Shown in pieces: positions 57,733 through 64,000 of a stretch of DNA of 64,000 nt. Each line of letters begins with the position of its first letter. Within the stretch, counting starts at the first letter, position 1. Source of the DNA: Chitinophagales bacterium (GTDB lineage: Bacteria; Bacteroidota; Bacteroidia; Chitinophagales; UBA10324); NCBI GenBank assembly GCA_013816805.1, contig JACDDS010000002.1, positions 73,530-137,529 on the forward strand, read 5' to 3'. The notes below the pieces were generated by a model. That model was not told the origin of the DNA and searched no databases. It was given only the letters and a program-made list of their open reading frames with translations. Both the position numbers and the translations under genes were made by a program.

Positions 57733-58250
57733 TAAATCTGCACATTACTAGGTGATTTCATGCTTCGTTTCATAATTGCCGCACAAATAATGGAGATCAG
57801 CATTCCTGAAAGCATGGTGGTCCCAATTCCATAGGTTAGCTGACCAAAGCCCGAATACAAAGCTTTTATACTTTCAATTCCCTTATCAATTTGCTCCTGT
57901 GAATATTTTTCCGTCTTGTAATATTCCATTGCTTCCTTAATCTGATCATTTATAAAATTGGGATAAATGTATTTTACATAAATAGCCATGTAAATACCAA
58001 TCATCAACCCCACTACAAAGCTTACGGCCATACCTGCATACCATGCTTCTTTGAAGGAAATTACTCCGTTCTTCTCTGTATCCCGTTTCTTCAAAATAGT
58101 GATATAAATTCCAGCAATAAGAAAAGCTAAACTTACCAAAGAGGCATACTTCCCGGCTTCTGTATCATCCCATGAAAGTGACGTCACCAGCAACATCCAG
58201 CCCAGCGTAACAAAACCTGTTATAATGCCATTTACCAGCTCCCTGCTCAT
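57732..58250 (-). CDS. DUF4199-like small membrane protein
   Basis: The ORF extends to a TTG at 58346, but the ATG at 58250 (MSRELVNGIITGF...) gives a ~172-aa four-TM protein. It has a central amphipathic segment (YIYPNFINDQIKEAMEYYK) typical of Bacteroidota DUF4199. Its stop overlaps the hisS start (TAATG). Confidence 0.6.
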   Translation of the reverse strand: MSRELVNGIITGFVTLGWMLLVTSLSWDDTEAGKYASLVSLAFLIAGIYITILKKRDTEKNGVISFKEAWYAGMAVSFVVGLMIGIYMAIYVKYIYPNFINDQIKEAMEYYKTEKYSQEQIDKGIESIKALYSGFGQLTYGIGTTMLSGMLISIICAAIMKRSMKSPSNVQI

Positions 58251-58370
58251 TGTACAAACTAAGCGGCGAAGGTAAAAGGATGTACCAACATGGAAAACAG
58301 AAATAGAAAAATACTTTGCGAAACAAAATCTGATAGTTAAAATCAATAACTTTAATTATAAAACCTCTTT

Positions 58371-59357
58371 ATGAAAAAATTTCTCCTTATCAGTAATTTT
58401 CTTTTTGCTTATATTATTACTGTTTATTCACAGGACACTTTCAGCATTGCAGCCTTTGATCCCAATACCGGTGAGGTGGGAAGTGCAGGTGCATCCTGTA
58501 TCGGAAATTCCAGAATTATAAGTGATGTACATCCCGGGGTAGGGGTCATTCATACCCAGGCATCATATATTTCACAAAACCAGAACTATGCCAGGACATT
58601 GATGAATTTAGGTTATACTTCACAGCAAATTATTGATTCTGTGGTAGCTAATGATTTCCAATTAAATCCTTCTGTGCGGCAATATGGTGTGGTAGAAATC
58701 GCAAATGGATCGGCTGCCTATACGGGTGTAAATTGTTTGGATTGGAAAGGTGATCTTACAGGGCCGACTTATTCTATACAGGGAAACATACTGCTTGGTC
58801 CGCAGATTATTGATTCCATGGAAGCGCAATTTTTAAGGACACAGGGCAGCCTTTCCTGCCGGCTTATGGCAGCATTGGAAGGTGCAAAAGTGCCTGGTGC
58901 CGACCAGCGCTGTCTGCCATACGGCATTTCTACATTAAGTGCTTTCTTACGGGTGGCAAAGCCAACCGACAGCCTTACACATTTATCTCTTGATCTGAAT
59001 GTGCCTTCCGTGCCTATCACCCGGGTTATTGATCCTATTGACTCGCTGTTTAAAATTTACAAAGGTACAAGCGCCTATGCGGAATGCACTGTTACAGGCA
59101 CCTCATTTTATAACCAGGCCGTTAAGAGAGCTTCCGTATATCCTTCGCCGGCCACAGATCTGCTTTCAGTAAAATCAGTCGTGCCTATAGAAAAAATTAT
59201 AATAGCAAATGCATTAGGAAATACGGAGAAAATAATAACTGAAAACGGTGCAACTAAAATGCAACTAAATATTTCTTCTTTAAGTAAGGGAATTATTTTT
59301 CTCCAGCTTATTTATGATGGCGGTTATTCAGAAAGAATTCAATTTTTGCACCTATAG
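58371..59357 (+). CDS. DUF1028 (Ntn-hydrolase-fold) protein with T9SS C-terminal sorting domain
   Basis: 328 aa with a signal peptide. The mature N-terminus (TFSIAAFDPNTGEVGSAGASC) matches the DUF1028 signature. The last ~80 aa (VYPSPATDLLSVKS...GIIFLQLIYDGGYSERIQFLHL) look like a type-A T9SS sorting tail. Confidence 0.7.
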   Translation: MKKFLLISNFLFAYIITVYSQDTFSIAAFDPNTGEVGSAGASCIGNSRIISDVHPGVGVIHTQASYISQNQNYARTLMNLGYTSQQIIDSVVANDFQLNPSVRQYGVVEIANGSAAYTGVNCLDWKGDLTGPTYSIQGNILLGPQIIDSMEAQFLRTQGSLSCRLMAALEGAKVPGADQRCLPYGISTLSAFLRVAKPTDSLTHLSLDLNVPSVPITRVIDPIDSLFKIYKGTSAYAECTVTGTSFYNQAVKRASVYPSPATDLLSVKSVVPIEKIIIANALGNTEKIITENGATKMQLNISSLSKGIIFLQLIYDGGYSERIQFLHL

Positions 59358-59560
59358 TAATATTTATTCATCAATAGGAAAAAGCGGCAGGAAGCTCTAT
59401 AAGTGAACCAAACCATGAGTAACTGCCTGCACGCTTCTTCGGGGAAGATCTTAAAATGATCTTATTTATAATTCTTCTTCATTGATTTGTGTACGACGCC
59501 GGACAGATTAAAAAGTTACAAAGGCGCAAAACTTTGCATTTTTGAAGCCTTCCTCTTCTC

Positions 59561-61714
59561 ATGAAAAACTTGCTGATCGCATCTGTTTTTACTCTTTTTT
59601 CCAATTCTGTTTTTGCTGATGAGGGAATGTGGCTGCCCATTCTTTTGCAGCAGCTTAACATTAAGGACATGCAGCAAAAAGGTTGTCATCTTTCAGCTGA
59701 AGATATCTATAGTGTGAACCACTCCAGCATGAAAGATGCGGTTCTTCTATTTGGAAGCGGATGTACCGGTGAAGTGATTTCAGCAGAAGGACTGGTGCTT
59801 ACTAACCATCACTGTGGTCTGGGCCAGATCCAGTCGCACAGTACAGTGGAGCATGATTATTTGAAGAATGGTTTTTGGGCAATGAATAAAAGTGAAGAGC
59901 TCACTTGCCCTGGCCTCACGGTTACGTTTATTGTTCGGATGGAGGATGTAACACATCAAACATTAAATAATGTTACCGGTGGAATGGATCAAATAAACAG
60001 ACAGACAACCATCGAGGGGAATAATAAACTGATCGCACAAAATGCTGTCAAAGGGACTCATTACGCTGCTTATGTGCGGTCTTTCTATAATGGTAATCAA
60101 TACTACTTATTCATTACCGAAACTTTCCGTGATGTGAGGTTGGTTGGAGCACCACCTGAGGCAATAGGTAATTTTGGCGGGGATGAAGATAACTGGATAT
60201 GGCCGCGGCATACCGGCGATTTTTCACTTTTCAGGATTTATGCTGATTCAAATAATAACCCTGCTGATTATTCTTCACATAATTTTCCTTTCAAACCAAA
60301 ATACTTTTTTCCGATCTCCTTAAAAGGAGTTAGGGAAAATGATTTCACAATGGTATATGGTTTTCCCGGTAGAACCACTGAATACATTTCCAGTTATGCA
60401 GTGGATGTCACACAGCATATTTCAGATCCGGAAAGAGTAGCCATCCGCGATGTAAGGTTAAAAATATGGTGGGATGAGATGATGAAAAGCGATTCGGTTC
60501 GCATAAAGTATTCCTCAAAATATTATGGACTGAGTAATGCCTGGAAAAAGTGGCAGGGGGAAATACGAGGATTGAATAAGGCGGATGCTGTTGCTAAAAA
60601 GGCTGCTTATGAAAATATTTTTACACAAAGAATTAATAGTAACACGCAATGGAAAAATGAATACGGCAATCTGCTGCCGCGGTTAAAGCAATGCTACGAC
60701 AGCATGAGCATGCTGCTGCCCGCAGTCAATTATTACAGCGAAGCCCTGATGACTCCTGAAATATTTAAAGTGGCACTTGCAATGAAACCACTTACAGACG
60801 CTGCTTCAATACAGGCAGCTAATGATGCGGAAATAACCGGTACCGTATTGAAAATTAAAAATGGACTAACAGGTTTTTATAAAGACTATTATGCTCCCGC
60901 TGATCAGGAAATGACGGCTGCGATGGTGAACCTTTTTGAAAAGAACGTCGGTTCTATATATGAACCTGGTTTGCTGACCTCATGGAATCAAAAATATTTC
61001 AGTAATGATGCCGGTAAATGGTTGTTTGATAAATCTATGCTTGATAACGATTCCCTAACGTTAGGTTTCCTGAACACTTTTAAAATAGGGCAGGAAACAA
61101 AAATAATTAATGACCCGGTTTACCAATTTGCAATTTCACTATCGGATTATTATGATTCCATTATTTCTCCACCTTATCAGAGGCTCAATGAAGAAATAAA
61201 TCTGCTCAACAGAGAATATATGAAGGCTCAGATGGAAGTCTTTCCGGAAAAAAGATTTTATCCGGATGCAAACCTTACACTCCGTATTTCATATGGAGCT
61301 ATCAAAGGTTATAAGCCCACAGATGCAGTTACTTATAATTATTTTACCACACTCGATGGTGTGATGGATAAATACAAGCCGAATGATGAATTTTATGATG
61401 CCCCAAAAAAGCTCATCAATCTTTATCACAAAAAAGACTATGGGGACTACGCAGACACCGACGGTACTTTACATACCGATTTTATTGCCTCGAACCATAC
61501 TACCGGTGGTAACAGTGGCAGCCCGGTGATTGACGGTGACGGAAACCTGATCGGCACCAATTTCGACCGTTGGTGGGAAGGTACGATGAGTGATATTTAT
61601 TTTGACCCTGATGAGTGCAGGAATATAGCCCTCGATGTCCGGTATACACTTTTTATCATCGATAAATTTGCAGGTGCAGGTTATCTTCTGAAGGAGATGA
61701 AGATCACCCGGTAA
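59561..61714 (+). CDS. S46-family dipeptidyl-peptidase (DPP7/DPP11-like)
   Basis: 717 aa. The signal peptide is followed by the family hallmark ADEGMWLP. The catalytic His lies in LTNHHCG and the catalytic Ser in GGNSGSPV. Confidence 0.9.
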   Translation: MKNLLIASVFTLFSNSVFADEGMWLPILLQQLNIKDMQQKGCHLSAEDIYSVNHSSMKDAVLLFGSGCTGEVISAEGLVLTNHHCGLGQIQSHSTVEHDYLKNGFWAMNKSEELTCPGLTVTFIVRMEDVTHQTLNNVTGGMDQINRQTTIEGNNKLIAQNAVKGTHYAAYVRSFYNGNQYYLFITETFRDVRLVGAPPEAIGNFGGDEDNWIWPRHTGDFSLFRIYADSNNNPADYSSHNFPFKPKYFFPISLKGVRENDFTMVYGFPGRTTEYISSYAVDVTQHISDPERVAIRDVRLKIWWDEMMKSDSVRIKYSSKYYGLSNAWKKWQGEIRGLNKADAVAKKAAYENIFTQRINSNTQWKNEYGNLLPRLKQCYDSMSMLLPAVNYYSEALMTPEIFKVALAMKPLTDAASIQAANDAEITGTVLKIKNGLTGFYKDYYAPADQEMTAAMVNLFEKNVGSIYEPGLLTSWNQKYFSNDAGKWLFDKSMLDNDSLTLGFLNTFKIGQETKIINDPVYQFAISLSDYYDSIISPPYQRLNEEINLLNREYMKAQMEVFPEKRFYPDANLTLRISYGAIKGYKPTDAVTYNYFTTLDGVMDKYKPNDEFYDAPKKLINLYHKKDYGDYADTDGTLHTDFIASNHTTGGNSGSPVIDGDGNLIGTNFDRWWEGTMSDIYFDPDECRNIALDVRYTLFIIDKFAGAGYLLKEMKITR

Positions 61715-62186
61715 TAACGGATTCTCTCTTATTATGATATTTTTTTACGATGGTTTCACAGGCTGATTCAATCATTTTGTATACAGGCAAAAATCCTTCT
61801 TCAGATCCATACCAGGGATCAGGAACAGATTGCTTTTTCCCTGGATATACTTCATCCATCAGAAGCTTCACTTCAGCTTTAACAGTTCTGCCCCGCAGAA
61901 AGAATTGTATTTCCTCAAGCACATCGCCAGCCATGGCATACACAATATCAAAATGACTAAAATCCTGAAACGTTATGCGGCGTGCGCGCTGCACCGTAAT
62001 ATCAATGTTAAATTTTGCGCAAGTGCTTATTGCTCTTTTGTCCGGCAATTCGCCTACATGATAGGATTCGGTACCGGCACTATCTATTTCCCAATTCAGC
62101 CCTTCCCGATCCAATATATTTCTTATAAGCCCTTCTGCCATTGGGGAGCGGCAGATGTTTCCTAAACAGACAAATAAAATTTTCAT
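61704..62186 (-). CDS. low-molecular-weight protein-tyrosine phosphatase
   Basis: 160 aa with the P-loop CLGNICRSPMAEG (CX5R-S) at the N-terminus and a DPWYG-type acid loop. It overlaps the convergent S46 gene by 11 nt. Confidence 0.9.
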   Translation of the reverse strand: MKILFVCLGNICRSPMAEGLIRNILDREGLNWEIDSAGTESYHVGELPDKRAISTCAKFNIDITVQRARRITFQDFSHFDIVYAMAGDVLEEIQFFLRGRTVKAEVKLLMDEVYPGKKQSVPDPWYGSEEGFLPVYKMIESACETIVKKYHNKRESVITG

Positions 62187-62261
62187 ACGGCAAAGTAATG
62201 GCTAATTCTAATACTCCCGAAATTGCAATTAGCTTATGGGAAAGGAGGATAGCTAATTTTT

Positions 62262-62933
62262 TTATTGCACAATATGAAACCGGAGTAAACTCCACGAATC
62301 TATCGTATGATCCGGATGCTGAATTTGTTTTTTAACAATTCCATAATGCGCAGCGCTATAGTAATAAACCAAATTGCCATCTTCAACAGAAGAGCTTGAA
62401 TCAATTCTTTCATACACGTTCATGTATTCATAATGGTCGTAATTTATTGGTGGCGTTATACGGATTATTCTTAAAGTATCGATTATTTTACAGAAAGAGG
62501 TGTCTGCACAAACTGCATCAATAAAGAGCGTGTCTGCTGCCTGGTCAACCAGGGAAAATAAGACCGGCTGATTAATCTCTACCTTCAGCAAGTAGTTTTT
62601 GTTAAAAGTATAGCTGGTAAGGTAAGTGTAAAAGTTTTCCAGGTAGCTTGAGATTTTCATATTGCTGTTATTTTTTCCACACGGTATCTGTACGGGTACT
62701 GTATCATACATATAGTTGGAAACAGCAATGCTATCCAGCAACAGTGTAGAATCATTTTGATAGATCCAATATGTGCCGGGCTTAAAAACACCGTAAGCTT
62801 TCAGGTTCCGTCCAGCCAATAAAGTTATAGGATCACTGTCTTTACAATCGTTGCATCCCGAACCAACTAATAACAACATAAAAATTCCAGCAAATAAAAA
62901 AATACCTGTCACCTGACTACTACAATATTTCAA
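62262..62933 (-). CDS. hypothetical lipoprotein
   Basis: 223-aa ORF with a signal/lipobox-like N-terminus (LLLVGSGCNDC). I do not recognise a family. Confidence 0.55.
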   Translation of the reverse strand: MKYCSSQVTGIFLFAGIFMLLLVGSGCNDCKDSDPITLLAGRNLKAYGVFKPGTYWIYQNDSTLLLDSIAVSNYMYDTVPVQIPCGKNNSNMKISSYLENFYTYLTSYTFNKNYLLKVEINQPVLFSLVDQAADTLFIDAVCADTSFCKIIDTLRIIRITPPINYDHYEYMNVYERIDSSSSVEDGNLVYYYSAAHYGIVKKQIQHPDHTIDSWSLLRFHIVQ

Positions 62934-63002
62934 TGCAATAAATTATAAGTTGAATAAAAAAAATTCCATTTTCGGAAACATCGGGAAAGCTGATTAAATA
63001 AA

Positions 63003-64000
63003 CTATTCTTCAATTAATACAATTTCTACCCTCCGGTTTTTAGCACGTCCGCGCTCGTCATTATTGTCTGCAACGGGGTTTTCGTAATTGTGGCCTGAAA
63101 TGTCAAGGCGTAAAGGTTCTATATTTTTTGATATTAAATATTCCCTTACTTCCAGTGCACGCTTTTCAGACAGCGGCTGATTATAGTTCCTGGTTCCAAG
63201 GTTATCCGTATAGCCGTATAAATCACAATGATAATTTCTGTGATTTTTTAGATACTCAGCCAATGCATCTAATTCTTTTTTTGAGCTGTCAGGAATAACA
63301 TACGAATCAAAATCAAAGTTTACATCAGTAAGAGTATAGAGCTCGTATTCTGCTTCCTCTTTTGCAGCGGAATCCTTTTGAGCTTTTGTAAGTGAGTTTT
63401 TTAATCCAAAGATGCTGTCAAAGTTAAGCGTATTGCTAAGGTTTAAATACTCCTTAAACCGAGGTTGTAACCTGTCTTTATCACTGCTGAACGAACCTCC
63501 TTCTAGAAATACTCCTGAGTCATATTGTGAATCCCCCACATCGCCTATGGCGATCTTCATATGATATTTTTTATATGGAATTACATAGCAGGAGGCAAGC
63601 ATCACGGTGGTTAATCCATCATATTGCAAAGTATTTAACCTGGAGCGATTCAGCTTTTTTCGTTTTCGCTTGTTAATCTCGTATTGGTTATTGAATTTTT
63701 CATCTTCTTCCGAAGTAGTTTTTTGCCCTGGTACTACTTTATTTAAGACTACTTTTTTGAAATAGTCATTATCAATGAAATACCTGGAATTTTGCTTCTC
63801 ATTAATAGTATTAATGGTAACTGGTAAAATTGTCTTTGGAATTACAGCAAGATTCTGGTTATGGAGTTTTTCTCCGTTAATTATAAATGCAAATACATCG
63901 TTAAATCGCGATCCAACATATTCTGAATATTCTTCAGAACCGAAAACATAAATGAATGAAATCCGATTATTGAAAGGAATAAAATCAAACTCGAGAGAGG
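63003..64000 (-). CDS. OmpA-domain protein with choice-of-anchor-L-like N-terminal region (5' end outside the window)
   Basis: The track ORF starts at 63629, but the same frame stays open to the window edge. That upstream part reads SLEFDFIPFNNRISFIYVFGSEEYSEYVGSRFNDVFAFIINGEKLHNQNLAVIP...PVTINTIN. The C-terminus is an OmpA-like peptidoglycan-binding domain (GYTDNLGTRNYNQPLSEKRALEVREYL...NRRVEIVL). Confidence 0.75.
   Translation of the reverse strand, partial: SLEFDFIPFNNRISFIYVFGSEEYSEYVGSRFNDVFAFIINGEKLHNQNLAVIPKTILPVTINTINEKQNSRYFIDNDYFKKVVLNKVVPGQKTTSEEDEKFNNQYEINKRKRKKLNRSRLNTLQYDGLTTVMLASCYVIPYKKYHMKIAIGDVGDSQYDSGVFLEGGSFSSDKDRLQPRFKEYLNLSNTLNFDSIFGLKNSLTKAQKDSAAKEEAEYELYTLTDVNFDFDSYVIPDSSKKELDALAEYLKNHRNYHCDLYGYTDNLGTRNYNQPLSEKRALEVREYLISKNIEPLRLDISGHNYENPVADNNDERGRAKNRRVEIVLIEE

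Noticed and set aside
58251-58346. The N-terminal 32-aa extension (TTG start) of the DUF4199-like ORF.
   Set aside because: The extension is Phe/Arg/Cys-rich and non-membrane-like, and it starts at a TTG. The internal ATG at 58250 gives the family-typical N-terminus. The TTG extension of the permease remnant (39277..39324) was rejected for the same reason.
62201-62262. AT-rich inverted repeats (GCTAATT/AATTAGC, and AATTAGCT...AGCTAATT followed by a T-run) after the lipoprotein gene.
   Set aside because: The T-run follows the stem only on the plus strand, where no gene ends. The stems are AT-only and weak. This is not enough to call a terminator for the minus-strand gene.
1-64000. A search by eye for rRNA, tRNA, tmRNA, RNase P or riboswitch signatures in the intergenic regions.
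   Set aside because: Nothing recognisable was found. This is a weak negative, because covariance-model scans (tRNAscan-SE, Infernal/Rfam) could not be run.

Overview
This window looks like a Bacteroidota chromosome segment. It is AT-rich by eye and carries T9SS C-terminal sorting tails, an S46 dipeptidyl-peptidase, a DUF4199 protein and gene starts without Shine-Dalgarno sequences. Most of it is housekeeping. From the left: two tandem ~1200-aa FG-GAP/ASPIC lipoproteins, a multiply frameshifted T9SS-cargo pseudogene, mfd, recO, an MFS transporter and an FNR-type reductase. Next comes the distal half of a complex I operon (nuoI-J-K-L-M-N, with no nuoA-H next to it), a biotin-carrier protein, an M1 aminopeptidase, a gamma-CA-like protein and a BNR/sortilin-like protein. 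The right end holds a rhodanese, a TIGR02757-like protein, an acyl-CoA desaturase, hutH, hisS, a DUF4199 protein, a DUF1028+T9SS protein, the S46 peptidase, an LMW phosphatase, a lipoprotein and an OmpA-domain protein cut by the window edge. The stand-out region is a ~21-kb minus-strand locus (30701..51735). It has one HlyD/MacA-type adaptor and one MacB/LolD-type ATPase, followed by seven intact ~800-aa duplicated-FtsX permease paralogs and one internally deleted remnant. The array is divided by three intact copies and one decayed copy of the same ordered non-coding module: two direct repeats about 22 bp apart, a CAGAA-N7/8-TTCTG palindrome overlapping a TGGCAT box, and a TGTTACA box. I recognised no rRNA, tRNA, CRISPR array, transposase or integrase. 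All functional calls come from motifs read in the supplied translations; no database search was possible.
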